DNA of 63,949 bases, the filler included, from Perkinsus chesapeaki ATCC PRA-425 (lineage: Eukaryota; Protista; Perkinsozoa): the NCBI GenBank assembly GCA_013115145.1. It is 12 parts of 12 records of this genome, joined end to end, with 100 filler letters (N's around TTAATTAATTAA, not from the genome) between each part and the next. Parts side by side here need not be neighbours in the genome. Positions count along the whole stretch, not along the records: positions 17,512 to 37,308 come from JAAPAO010000633.1; 11 more parts are not named here. The stretch is one strand, 5' to 3'. The notes beneath the pieces are model-generated. The model saw nothing but the letters and a program-made list of their open reading frames with translations, searched no databases and was not told the DNA's origin. Below, piece after piece: positions 21,736 through 35,700 of this stretch; positions within the stretch are counted from its first letter, which is position 1; every line of letters starts with the position of its first letter. The translations under genes were made by a program, and so were the position numbers.

Positions 21736-24700
21736 TCAAATGCCCGCTAATATATCATCATCGAGTTCCGAGTTTGTGTCAACTTCATCATCATCAGATG
21801 TGTCCGCAGCCTCTTGCTCAGTCAGAGCATACTCATCGTCGAGATCAGGGCAAGGGAACCTGAAGAACGGAATAAATCCAACACCCTCGATCCTAGAGAG
21901 CCTCGACCCGCGACAGGAGACAGTGAACAGTCTCTAGTAGATCCTCAGCAAATGCAGGGCATTTGTACGAATAAAGCACGGAGAGAGAAAAGACAGAAAG
22001 GAATTATGTGTTCAATGATAACGCTGAGCTCATGCGATGAATCTACGCTTCTAGGTACGACAGTCGGGCTACTTTAAAGTTGCCGCAATGCCCGCAAGAT
22101 TCTGCAGTTGTTCGCCGCTGACATGCTGTGTGCTGAATATAAAGACATTACTCGTCGCCTTCACTTCTTCAACAAGTGCAACATATCTAACAGATATCAG
22201 CTGACTACTTTACATTGAGCGAGATAGCAGCGATACCTCTTTCGAACGCCAACAGAAGAAGAACGGAAGAGACCGTCTGTGATAAGCAGATCTTCTATGG
22301 CGCCCATATCAGCTGCTTTGGTCACTGGACCTGAGCGAAGGAAGTCTTTTACAGCGAAGCACCTTGGAGATGCGATACTTGAGGTACTCCACCAACACAA
22401 CTGCGCATCAAACTGTTAGCTATCTCTCCTCGTCGAGTGGTTGACACGTTTAGTGAAATTTCTTTTTGCCATGGTGAATGTGATATCGATCAACCGTTTC
22501 ATCTACCGCTACACTGTGACGCGTATCCGACATCCAGATTGAGCTGATCAGTAGCCACACACTCGAAGCGTTACCTGGCCCGTAAACAGCACGATCAGGG
22601 TCATTTTTAAGCATTGTATAAAACCGATCCAAGGCTGCAACATTCGACATAGCTTTGGTATCTGCGACCTGAGGCAGCAATTCTTCATAGTGCGGAGCGT
22701 ATCTTTCTACAGCATACTTGTGACTTCACCGTATCATCTGACATCAGCTCGTTGAGACCTTGCTTGTACGCGGTGGAGCAGTGGCAAGATACGAACTTAC
22801 TCTTCGCTGCATTCAACATCACCGAATCGCCTAAATAATATATCGATCCGAAAGCAATATGAACATGCATTGAGACGGCGTCGTATGCACGATACTATAT
22901 GAGACAACTTGATGGGAGTTTACCCTTCTTAGTGGCTTCTTCTCTGGTATACTTAATGAAATCATCTCGTACAAATCCAGGACCAGCGATGACTATACAC
23001 TTCACCCGTTCGAAATCGACATGTTGTTTAATCGCTTGGTATACCTAATACACCATAAGGCTGGATAGATATTGAAACTTTCTGTATAATAAAAAGGTAG
23101 AGCCTAGAGATTAGCTCTACAAGCTAATGATGCTGTGGCAACCAGAGTAGTGAGTCTCTACACTGGCTCTCGGAGAGCCAGTAGGAGGAGAGCCGCTCTC
23201 CTACTTCGAGGAGGACCCTGCTGCGTTAGTAGCAACCAAGCATCTACTTCGATAACGGTTGATTCCCGTCAGCATTGGAGTATCTGTCGGCGGTCTCACC
23301 CAGTTGAGCTCTAAGACTTCCTCAGTAAATGAGAAAGAGTTTCCCCAATAAGAAGACAAAAATCTACCGCAATTTTGTAAATTTTCCCGAGTCCTTCTTT
23401 TATAACAAACAGATGTAGGCGAGCACGTACGAAGAACCCAACACTGGTTTGGGTGTTATGCAGCTTAAACCTATTTCACGCGCTTGACGTATAATAGCGC
23501 TTTGATAGTGAACGAAGCGCTAACAAATGATCACAGGGAGGAGACTGAAGGAGCAGGAGAAAATGGATGGCGCTTCTTTTTCTCACTTGGTCATAGAACT
23601 TGTTAAGTGCCTTATCGTATCCGCTAGTGCCACTGCGCTTTTTAGGGATATTAACTGAGATCCTAAGGGCAATGTTATAGTGGCACCAAACTCACTCAGA
23701 AAACTTACTTTGCCATTTCTTTAGCGAGAACGCGAGTGAGAAGGTAGAGGTTTGCTATTCCCGAGTCTATAAGGACTACAGCTACTTCTGCATTTGCCGA
23801 CACCTGAGGGTAAAAACAACTTGGGCAAAACCGGATAACTTGTTTCGTTTCGTCGATCGAGCCCTAAAATGTCTCCTCGCCACTATTGGCTCGGACGATG
23901 AAACCCAATCGGAATTCTTCCACTCATGAATGACAGACGACTATGTTTTATGCGGTATGGCGGATGGAACTTACGTTTGTTGCCTCGTTGAGAATATCAA
24001 GTGATATGCTATCCCAGTTTCCTTTTGATATTTGTATCTGATACGTACTGTAATTCAGAGTAAGCATGAGAGCTGTGACCTTATTATTCAGGCCGACTTC
24101 GATGGTATGGTGCTGATTCAGTTTAATGTACGGGCTTTCGGTACGATTCTTGCCAGAGAACCTAAGAGGTATCTTCTGTAACCACGCAGGTTCGAACCCC
24201 CCTTACCGTATTATATTAGCATCCCCATCGTAATCGACACCCGTCACAGCTATTGTCAACCGTAAATGCCTTTTTTCAGAGGACACACTTCCGCTGCCTA
24301 AAATGATAACAAATGTAGGAAGCCTCGATCAATATCAGTTTTGGTTCGCATCAGTTCCTAGGGGTTGAAGTCTATGATGAAACCATTACAAAATTTTTAC
24401 ACACCGTTTTTCGCTTACTCTTTCAATGTTACGAGCTTCACGATGATTTTTCATCACTTTAGTTGTTGAACTGTCGGAGTTAGCAATATAAGTTTAGTTC
24501 AAATTATAATGTCACCAATAAGGGTAAAATCACTCTAGTGATCGCAGTAAAACATCCTGCGGGATAGTGTTAGCCTTCGATACGGAAGGATCTATGAGCC
24601 GCTTCATAGACAGCCTTAAAGCTCAAAGCCTGTCATCCTCGTGAACCGGAAAAGCAACCCTTACTTGTTTCTTTGGATACTTTCCTGACTGTGTTCGCTG

Positions 24701-24914
24701 TAACCCTATCACCCTTCTGCACCTGTCAGGAATCGATAAATATCAACTAAGTGCAGAGAGAACGGGTGAGAATGATAATACGACAGACGATATGGATTAG
24801 ACACACTGTAGAAGTTACCAGGTTATAAAGATGCCATATGTCTTCCGATTCCTCTGGTATCACAACAACTCTACCGCTGCCGTCTTTCTCAATCTGCTTC
24901 AGCTCTAGCTTCAT
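21736..24914 (-). CDS. PELO: Pelota/Dom34 ribosome rescue factor, multi-exon
   Basis: Exons: [32 protein letters not shown]; [11 protein letters not shown]; [23 protein letters not shown]; [22 protein letters not shown]; [18 protein letters not shown]; [19 protein letters not shown]; DPDRAVYGP; [14 protein letters not shown]; [21 protein letters not shown]; acidic tail ending ILAGI*. Confidence 0.95.
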
Positions 24915-25986
24915 CACTAGTGGGACTTCAAAAAACTGCTGAACTGGACAACTCTTGCAGCCTAGACTTCCACATAGCTTCGTTTATCACGAAGCAGAAA
25001 ACGGCGCATTGCGAAGCGCATTGCGAAGCTCTGGACAGATTGTACGCCAAGCAACGCACTTACTGGATAGTCTTTATCGTAAACCATAGTGAATGATTGC
25101 CCTGTGTTAAAAAGAGGGTTATACTAGAAGACCAACACAATCCACATCATTTCCAATAGCAATTATCCGATATCGAGTCCTTACTCGAGATTGGGAATTA
25201 AGTAAAGCGCCTTAGGATGGCAGGTGCTGCTGCTGTTGCAGTGAGAGCTTATTGCTACTCTGCTATGGTGTGTCCCCGTTTAACCAGGTCTAGCGGCGGC
25301 CGCTGTATTAATAGGAAGGATTGAGAGAGAGAATGGCCGTTGGAGGGGTGCAATGGTAACGGTTGCATTCGTCTTGTTCATTTTTACAATGACAATATGC
25401 ACTACACAGTCTCACACGTTCCATGCTTATTTAGTAGTAGTGCCAGGAACTAGGTTTAATAATAACCTATAGTTTTGACTCTACTTTCCGCGCTCTATTC
25501 TTCTGTATACTTTTCTTCATGCTTCTATCAAATTTGTTAATCATGACAGGGGCGAATCTGATGGAAAAAGGCTCGAGCGGTACGAGGCTCTCTTCCAGGG
25601 GAAGTTGGACACTCCCACGTAATAGCTCCGTAGCAGGGGGCATCCTGCCAAGGCCACTTGAGGAGAGCTCAAGTCAAGCGAACTAGATACTATCCGAAAT
25701 GGCTCAATGATGACACAATCCACGGGTTCAGATGACTACATGTACCGATGAGCGAGGCCCTACGAGAACTCAACACAGGAGGCCATCGAGGACAATGTCT
25801 TGAAAAGGCCTATTAGGATATTCGGGTTTAACCTGACCTGGATGGGGGTTACAGAGACATCTCTACATGTTGGTAGGGCAGAGAAAAATCAAGTGGATGA
25901 TGAGGCTAAGAAGGGCCATTTAGCAGCAGTAAGCTTGTATGGTGGATGCGACAAGCACTCTTATGGTGAGCGACAGGTATATAGTT

Positions 25987-27020
25987 CTAGACAGCAGCAG
26001 ATATCAGAGATGATGTATTATATGAAGGTAGGTCGAAACTAGGGAAAATGAAGCTTAGACCACGGAGACCATATTTCTTCTCGAGATCGCGCTTCCCCTT
26101 TATTTGCTTTTGTGTATTATAATAGTAGTCTTCGAAATGTCCATTACCAAATGTAGGTGCCCCAAGTCCAACGAGATGGCGATAAATATCAGTAGGCTGG
26201 GTGTAGCTCAGAGCTTCAGGGACGATCTGACCAAATACGAAATACGGGAAAGATAGTCGGTGATCTTACACCAAGAGATAGTTTTGAAGGTGTCATCGAG
26301 AATCCCGCTAGACGAGAAACGACCTGCTCTGCCCACTCAGAGTTGATCTGTGCCTCAAAGTCGACATCTAGGGCATCCAAAACGATCGAGTTTTCGTCGG
26401 AGTACTTCCAAGGTAGGTAAACACTGACATCGTGCCAAAAGTCCGATGACGTGGTGAAGTTGGAGGCTAGTAACCTACATTAAGACTGTAAGACCTCGAA
26501 GCTGCTTCCCTCGTACATGATCGCCGCTATAGAGGGAACCCTCTTTCTTGTCGTCAATGTTTTCGTTGCTTCCAGTAGGTCGTTAACGACCTGCCATTGT
26601 GTTCCTACTGGAAAGGGATTTTCCCAGAGCTCGAAGAGAATACCATCGAGGTGGTAGTCAGTGATAAAAGTCTAAGTATGAGTCTTGAAGGCCTCGAGGC
26701 TTCTAGTACCGTTGTTGATGAACGGTACTACAGACAAACCAACAAGAGTAGTGGCGTTGTGCTGCGTAGCAACTGCATTCACCTCGCTTGCGAACGACGC
26801 GTCGAACCAGTTACTAGGTACAATTATTGAGCCATCACCGTAGATCCAGTTCTGGGCGAATATGATTTGAGTGGCTCCAACTTCGAGAAGAGCGACGAAG
26901 TCTGTCTTGTTGAAGTTGTCGAGATTGGTGACGAGGAGATAGGCTGCCTATCTCCTCGTTACGTGCCTATCTCACCAGTGCCGCACTGGATATGAGATAC
27001 AGGTAGATGAGCGGCAACGT
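25987..27020 (-). pseudogene. GH18 chitinase-like copy 2, pseudogene
   Basis: Paralog of 19755-20780 with the same two intron positions and the motif HLDGILFELW. The start codon reads ACG, an inverted duplication disrupts the signal-peptide frame, and an in-frame TAG (KTHT*TFIT) stands where copy 1 has CAG. Confidence 0.75.
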
Positions 27021-27599
27021 GGAGGGTTAGGGTGAAAAAAGGGATGATACATCAAGATCGGAGATGAACCCATACTTCATATGCTCACCGATCTAGTGCT
27101 GCGAGTGCTCTCGACAACCTCCAGAGATGGCTGGTACCTTTATAGCTGGCGCACGCATGCGCAAAAAACTCTAAATGCTGCAAGGGTAGTAATTCTTATG
27201 TTACTTGTAGAATGCAAAATACTAATACAGCTGCCGATGAGTGGTGTATACAGAATAGTAATAATAAGATTTAGATATTCTGCTAGGTGTCAGGTATGGT
27301 CTAGTAAAGAATAGTGATGAAGCAACATATCGAGTCATTTAGCTAAACCATCTATAGCTTCAACATAGAGCTCCCGTTTGAAAGAGGCACACTAACGAAC
27401 AAGCACTCATCCATCACACTTAAGATGGGGACCATAGAGAGGCATAGAGGACCGTTCCGGGACTGCTAATTACAAGTTGATACTATAGCCGCCTGGCGGT
27501 GCACTAAACTGCAACTCAACAGAGATGGCACTTTCTTGAGAAGAAGTGTGAATGGTTATAAATGCTACATTAACATGATATTCATTTTAACGTTGAAAT

Positions 27600-27900
27600 C
27601 AACTCTCACAATCGTACACATAACTGTCAGTAAGTGTCAGCTTCGTTATAGTCGTTGTTCATGCATTACAGTTTGGGGGAAGAACATCGGATGGAAAAGG
27701 ACCTGCCGAGCAGCATTGGACAGCTCAAGAGCCTCACGCTGGTGGCGACTCACCGGGGAAAGCTCGTAAGGATTCCTCAATCTCGACGCACAAGCAAACT
27801 CGTACCAGTAAAGGTAACTAACATACACCAGACGTGCGGAGCCGCTTTTCTATCAGGCAAAATGTGTACTAGTTCAGTCGGAAAATTGTCGCCGTAGAAG
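27600..27900 (+). CDS. Possible LRR-containing exon or fragment
   Basis: MEKDLPSSIGQLKSLTLV resembles the LPxxIGxLxxL LRR consensus, but only one unit is visible. Confidence 0.25.
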
Positions 27901-28067
27901 GCAGGAAAATGATTGCCGGATTGAATTGCCCAATTGCTATCAAGGCAGATTTCCGTGGTGAAATACTTCCACTTTTTTCGCGGCGATTGGTTTCGGTTTT
28001 GGCGGACACCGAGGTGATTCAGAAGCGGACGGATAGGAGATATATGGTGCAGGAAACAACCAACCTT

Positions 28068-29230
28068 CTAATCAGCCTTTCCCTTCGTGCTTGTTGCTCT
28101 ACACCATGAATCTAATAAACAGTAAATCTTGCAATCTTGCATTTCCTCAACGGATACCTCCTCATCGCCCATACAAGCCACTAACTGTTCGTGTAGCGGA
28201 CGACAGTCGCCGAGCAAAGCGATAATATCTACTCCGGAATACCGGCAACGATTCTCCTCATACAAGTGGTCCTCATGTTCCCCCTGCCGCCGGGACGGTG
28301 AGGAATCATAATAGCTAACAAAACCTTCGCTGTGCGCTGGCGAATCTAACAAACATAAAGACATCTATCCGCCTTCCTCACTAATATAACATTTTACCGC
28401 TCACATTTCAGTCAGACAGTTCGAACGATTATTCATGGACAACTACATTCTAGAACGGGAGGGATTTGGAGACGAGAATCTTAAGATGCCAATTGTACGA
28501 GCTTCAGGCTTACGCTACGCTCTCTTAATTTGTGCGAGAAACTTGAATCGCGCTGTGGATGCTTTTGCAACAAAGGGAGGCACGCTGGTGTGATTTTGTG
28601 ACGACTGTCCCCTCTGAACTTCTTACTTTTTAAGACTTTATCTTGAAACTCTTCAATGTCCGCCAGCAACTTGGCCGCTTTGGGCAGGCCGATTTCTTGG
28701 AGATCAGTCTCGGACACCAAACCATCATCTGTCAACCGAGTGTATCTGGAAGGCATCCAAAGTTAGGCAGCCATCAATCACTAAGAAAGCCAGGAGGACA
28801 TCTGGAACGGGTCCGAATCTTATCTGATATGTCGATTAGTGGAGGAATGAATTTTTAATGAAAAGTTCAAGAATACATCTCTGAGAGTAATCCCAGTTTA
28901 ATGCCAAAGATGAGAACCGAACCCCTTACGTGAGCGTGAAGGATACGATAGCCTTGGCGACGCGCGGACTTGGCAAGCTGCTGCTCGATGGGTTAATGGT
29001 ATTCAATTTGCTAACATCAATTTCCTTCATTTCGAGATCGCCCAGCGACACATCTGAACAGTGAGATGGTGAGAATGCAGGGAGTGTCGGTCTCACTGTC
29101 ATCGAGGCAGCCGTAGATGCACCAATGGCCTAGAGTCGGATGCTCGTAGGAGTTCTCGATAATGTATTGTATCTAAAGGAGTGCTGAAGCTGTTCTTTCA
29201 AGGAGGAGCAACAACTGGAGCCAAACTTGC
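28068..29230 (-). CDS. Hypothetical multi-exon protein with a possible SAM-like segment
   Basis: LTDDGLVSETDLQEIGLPKAAKLLADI resembles a SAM-domain helix pattern. Other minus-strand frames are not recognised. Confidence 0.25.
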
Positions 29231-29708
29231 AAGCATCAGGGAGTTGGTTTACTAAAAGTAGTTGGCCTTTGAAGCAGCATCTATTCTATCTCATTGATAG
29301 CGCTGTCTTGCAACACTGTATTAGACACATGCATAGGGAAACATAGGAAGAAGAGCATTTGTAGGATAATACATGTATGATCAATGACCATTGGTCATAT
29401 TGTTGTAACAATAATATTTGTTACTACATAGGGCTATATCGAGCATGATAGAGATTCATAAGACACTCTGAAGAGCAATATAAACATTCGAATAAGGGCT
29501 GTGTGGATGCTTTGCAGACAATCGTATGTCACAGGGAAGCTTGGACGAAGCGAGGAAAATTCCTAGCGTCAAAGAAAATGTCAGCACACGTCAGCCGAAA
29601 TTATCAAACACGAAGTCAAACGTCCCTTACCAAATATTCCACCGATTCTGGTAACCATTTCGTGAGCAGAAAAGGACAAAGAATAATACTGTACCTGAGT
29701 AGATGACA

Positions 29709-32700
29709 CTACATTCCTCGGAGAGCGTTGGCCAACCTACAGCTCAAATAGGATGATCCTGATTCGGTCAATGTAGAAGGTGGAGAGAAAGTCGGCCTTG
29801 CAACGCTCGAAGTTCTCGAGGAAATCAAAGCGGCAGCTTTGGTTTGACTAAAAATAAATAGCATTCGACCGATATCCTTTTTAATAACTATAAGCTGCTC
29901 CCACATACCCAAGTGACACTTTAAGAGCGTATAAGAGCAAACCTCACCAATCCTGGGTGTAGATCGCATATGATTTTGCACAGAATGACGACAAATATGC
30001 GAAACGGACTAATCCCCAGTCGAATACGTTCTACCGGCTTCCCTTTGCATTGTCACACTGCTGCCAGTGCGCCATGCTCGTAATTTAATGAACTGATAAA
30101 ACAGTTCTCAAAGTGCGCCACGAAATTCCCTCTGCACCACGCAGCACGCCATCGAGTCGATGACGATTACGTGAGTTGATCATCGTGACAATAATCAACA
30201 ACTTTGACTTGCATATTTTATCGTCAAATCAAGCTGTCTTAGAAGCGTGGAGAAAATGTGTTTCCGAGGTAAACTGGAGACGGCATTTTCTCTGTTCCTC
30301 GAGTAACATTCCAGTCCAACACTAAGCCGCCGCAACTCACCGCAAATTCTGCCAAGTCCACCCTCCCTCCCTCATAGGACTCAGACCTCCCTCGGATCTC
30401 TGGCAGATGGTGTATCTAAAGACCAAAAACTATGGGAAGCAGTAAGGCAATGAGCGCCTACCGCCTGCAGCAGTCGCATAGTGGCAGCCCAAGCACTGAG
30501 AGGAGTGGGCGATGAGGAAGGATGTCCTCCCTGACCTTCAACACCACCAGATGTGCTGAAGTCAATATTGTACTTGCCGGAAGATAAGGCTAACCTGGAG
30601 GGCCCTCGACGCCCCGGGCTGGACGGTGCCCGACGGTGGTGATTGCTCGGTGATGGTTGAGGTGACATGCCCACACTGCCCGACGATGATGAGGATACGG
30701 CAGCTCCTGAGAACATTAGGCTTTCAATAATTAATCAGCACTTCAGCCGTATGAGACTCGCGAGCGTGGAAAATTCTGAACTTCCGAGGCGTTATCCTCC
30801 TTGGTTACGTAACAAGATAGAAGAGGCAGGTGTCTTTCGGTGGTGGAAGAGCGCAGGCCATCAGCAATAATTTCAATCTCTGCTCACCATCAGCGGACTT
30901 ATCCCGTCCTCCACCATCACCATCATTCGAGCGACTTACCAATGACACTAGAGCACCAGAAACAGCGAGGTACCTATGAACGAAGAAGGTCGAGAAGAAA
31001 CAAAAGAAAAGAAGATAGAGGCTTGAAAGAGGAGCTCAACGACGGAGAAACAGAGACCAGTAATAGTGAACAGAGTAGAGTAGTGCGTGGAGTAATGGAG
31101 AAGTAGAGGTAAGTTAATAAATTAAAGAGTGCTCAGAAGGGAGAAATAAGAGGCAGAAAGAATATTAATAAATCGAACAGGAAGGCTTAAAGCTTATTAT
31201 TGAATTTGTTAGTTTCGCCAAGTCTACACAAGTGACCTACCATAGAAGGTTCTTGCCAGCAAAAACAACATGAAGAAGAGGAGAGTCATCCCAAAGAGCC
31301 AAAGCAAAGAGGGCTGCTGCGATGCTGCCACATACGTACTTTATCAACCTGACAACCGAAGCACCCAAGTTCGATTCTCGCACCGGACGATATAAATGCC
31401 CGTAACGTCTTGGTTTTACCAACAGAGCACTCTCAAACTGCAATTACCAGCCCCAAACCCAAAGTGACCGTACTATTCGAGTCGATAAATCTGCCATGTG
31501 GGTCTACAAGCTACATAGCTGACATGCTTACTAATACTTCCCAGCTCTCCTACAACCAGGTACGACAATAGCTTCCCTCGGAAGGGTTAAGTTACTCACG
31601 GAGACTACACACCATTGGAAAGGAGCCACTCATCAGAGTTCTCAAACGCCGCGATACTTATGCGTCTTGCCGAGAAGATTCTTTAAAGTGTTCCTCGGCG
31701 ATGATCATATAAATTTGTGGATAATATCTCACCTCCTTGTAGCCTCTTCAATTGGTGTTGTACCCCAGGTCATATTAACAAAGGTTTCAGTGACACTTCC
31801 TCCCCCTCGTGGTAGCAATGCTGAGTTCAGTCTTGCTCTATGTAGATGAGGAAGCTCCAAGTACTGTGAAAAATACCAACAATCTTCATCGACACTGCCT
31901 ACCTCCCTCGTATGATACTTTGCCATATTAGTCCACTCCCTCTGCATAGGGCTTGCTCGGGCACTCCGGAAGTCATCGGTATACCTGCCGACGAGAACAG
32001 GTTCAGGGAGCAGTTTTGAATTGAGATGAACTCAACTATCAGTGATAGCCTATCACCTTTTATGAACTTCATATCCTTATATCCTATTTTGCTGCGTAAC
32101 AATTATATCCAATAAAATCCTCCGACGAGCGCTGACTTCACTAGTCGCTAGTTGAAAATAGGATATTTCACCGCCGAAAAACAGAATAAAAAACCCAAGT
32201 CCCGGAGGGCGGCGAAACTGCCGTACTTGTACCAATTTCCGAAAATGGGTCTGAAAATTTGCCGAATTTACGTAGCCCTTCGAAGCAATCAAGTCAGTGA
32301 TGAAAATGCATGCAATATTCAATCAAGGCTCGCAACGTTACTGGCCCAGTCGAGACTTCCTAACATTTGAGTTCAAACGTCTTCTGAAGAGCAAGACTGG
32401 CTCATTGGCTCTAAGAGACTTCTCTTAAAGCGAACCCCTCCGAATGTGATTAAAATAGTCCTATTATTTGAACCCATATAAGCCACTTCTCCCCCCCTAC
32501 TTTAGCCATGTGAACAGGAAGCTCATCATCAGCACCGGTACCAAGGTGACAAATGCCACCAATCCCCACAACCTCAGTCTCTTCCTAAATCCACGGGCGA
32601 ACTCCTCTGTACTGATTTCGGGAAACAACTGCCTTGAGTGCTGAAAAGGCAGTAAGTCACTCACTACCATGGTAATGATGGAAGAAAGTCTCGAGCAGTT

Positions 32701-35700
32701 TTTAAAGAATTCCGGTACATTTTTAGATCATTAGGCACGCGTGAGTTATTTCCTTTTCTCCGTTGCTGCGGGCTTCAAATGTGCTCTTAACACTTACTTC
32801 ATCAAGCAAGCAAGGTAATATCAACGTCTTTATTATCCAATTGACTGCATTTGATGCGATGAAATGACCACGTAATGGCACCCATGAAGGCACCTAAATC
32901 CAACAAGCCAACATATAGAATCGGCACGTCCGGCCAGCGATACATTGGCTCTATGGTGGTGGTGGGGTGTCAAACGGTATTATTGTCACTTTCATTTACC
33001 GCGGAAAATGAAAGGAAAAATACGTTTCTAGTGAACATAGGTTACGAAGATGCAAATGAAGGAGAATAACATTATGAATAATGGAGCAAAAAACCTCAAC
33101 GAGTTCATCTCGGGTGAAGCAAGATGGCTGATCTCCGCCCTTCATCAAAGCCCCCTTCCCCCGCCCATCTTACTATGTGTAATAATGCCGACTCCTCCCC
33201 TTGCAGTAACATAGCGTACGATGAATCCCGCAATAACAGATTAGTCATTTCAACTGTTGTGATTCGGGACTGACAAAAACCAGCATTATGCGGTAGAAAA
33301 GGTACCGACAGCAGCAGCACGTATTCGTTATACGACACGACTAATATCATCCTCAAGCTCGCATCGATCACTTTTCGTTCAACAGTTCAAGTGGTCACAC
33401 TGCTGACAACTGGATGCGAGTGAATTCAGAACATAACTGGAGTCCCAGGAAAGTCGACTACGTACCGTCGAAGAGGCTTGGAGACAGAAAGAGCCCTGAG
33501 TCGGTATACGCTCTACGTAGATTCCTATTCATAACTCTGTATTCCACTTAATGCTCAAGCATATACGACGGTACAAGTATGAACCAATAATGATATACAA
33601 GACGAACATGATAGGAATAAAGTGAACACAATACCACTGAGAGCTGTTGTCTCCCGTCCCCCTCCCGGCCCCTTACTACTACCTGCAGCATACACCATGT
33701 CTGTTGTCCAGTCCATGACTCATTCATCAATCCTTCCTCTGCTCTCGATGAGCCATTTTGAAGCCTAACTAATCTACGGGCTACTTCTGCCCATGACACT
33801 GCTTGCAGTGGGGAAAAGGATACTTTGTCAGAGTCCAATGGGATCTGACACAAGTGCGTAAAAAGACCTATAAAATCATCGATAACGCAACAGCCCAAAA
33901 CACCTTTCGACAGTGAGTAAAATTTTTCGAGTAACTGCCGCTCAGCCATTTCCTCCTGCGCTCACATAACTACTGTAGACTTTAATACGATAAGAGGCTT
34001 CGACCGGTATTTTTAAATTAAACTATTAACCAACGTAACTACGGCTACAGTGTACCATGGTGAATCTGAGAGCATCACTAGACTATTATTAAATGACAGC
34101 TCGAATGGTTAATTGATTCGAATGCTGTAGACTTAAACACCGTTCGAGCCGCTACATACGCGTCCTAAACACCACCATTTGATATTATAAATGTATTGAC
34201 GTAGTGATCTTCTACAAAGGAACCTTTCCAAGGAAAAGTATTAGCCCAATTATATCCGATTGGACCACCCTTCAAGGCAACAACGAAGTTCACCACAGGC
34301 ATTTCTCCGAAATGAATCACCAAAATGACCTCGTCCCCTTTACATCACCCCCAAATAATCCTGATAATAAAATGCTGCGTCCCTGGCCTCCTTAATGGTC
34401 ATGAATGCTCCTACCGCCGCCAATCCCCAATAGGCCAATGTAACTATAAAGGACCTGAAGGGAATGCCATATCGTCGACCCTTCATTTCAGTAAGGCCTA
34501 TCCTCCTAAGGTAATTTTGATCGGGTACGATGATACATTTCCTTACTTGATAGACTACACCGCAGTGAGGGTTGTGAATCTACACCTCGTATGCCAGTGG
34601 ACACCAACAACATTACGACGCTCAACATTTGCGTATTGCTGTCGAGTTACATCAACCTCTGTGGAGTGGGGGGGGACTAATTTAACTCATCGCTGCACAA
34701 GCCAAGAAGCCTATGCGGGTGATATAGCTCTTCACTGAGATTTATTACTGCAATTGACATCCCATATCTCAGTATCATTTTCATCACCGAAAACTATTTT
34801 ATTCATTAGTTTATTACTATTATTGAGGAGCGTGTATCTCTACACTTGCCAAGTTCCCGTTTAAAAGCAGCGAGCTTGCCATGAAATTTTTGCATGAAAG
34901 TACACGCCTCGTACATCGCAGTACAACCAGACTACTCAAGGCAAGTAGGATAAATTGACAGGACACAAAAACTGTCTACTCTCGCAAAAGCTGTAGCTGT
35001 GGCGTGTATCCCACGGAACTAACCCCGGCGATGATGAGGATAAGAGTAAGTTGGGACACAGAGACACTACAGTGAGAACTGCTATTAGTTGGTCGTGACG
35101 AAATGTACCATAGAGACCATCTACAAATGTATGTCATTGACATTCGACCGCTTATTGGCGTTCGACACTTGAGCTCCTCCGAACCAGATTATTACAGGAA
35201 GAGTATCAATTTAGTGAAACCCATCCCAGCGAAGGGGTTAGTCTTGAAAAGGTGAACACTTGCACAGGTCTCTGCAGCGGTACCTGAAAAAATAATCGCC
35301 CAAGCCTAGAATCGACCCTTCGCTCCCCGATCAGGAAACGAGAATTCTACCACTCCACCAAATGTACGTTATGCCGAAGCTATTCGGTACTACATGACAG
35401 TAATGAACTCCAATCCACTAGAAAACTCAACGTGAATGCAAACGTAATAGTGAAGAGGACCGCCAGCAAGTTACCTCTGAAAATAACAGTGAGCAATCTT
35501 AATATATATAATGCAACCTACATAGTATGACCCAGGATGCCATAAAAGCCTCCGCCTCGATAGTAATTATAAACTGCAGCTAAGAACTTCTCAATGTCGC
35601 TGACCTAAACCAAACAGCACTCCACAGCTATAGGCAATACCAATAGTTTGATGAATAACAACAAATTAGAATTTAATACAACTAGTTTTACACATAACAA

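Noticed and set aside
33119-33131. Partial SL-like matches (CAAGATGGCT at ~33120, AAGATGGCT at ~18421, AGCCATCTT at ~53656 and ~54124)
   Set aside because: They are only 9-11 nt long and some lie in probable coding sequence, as expected by chance.
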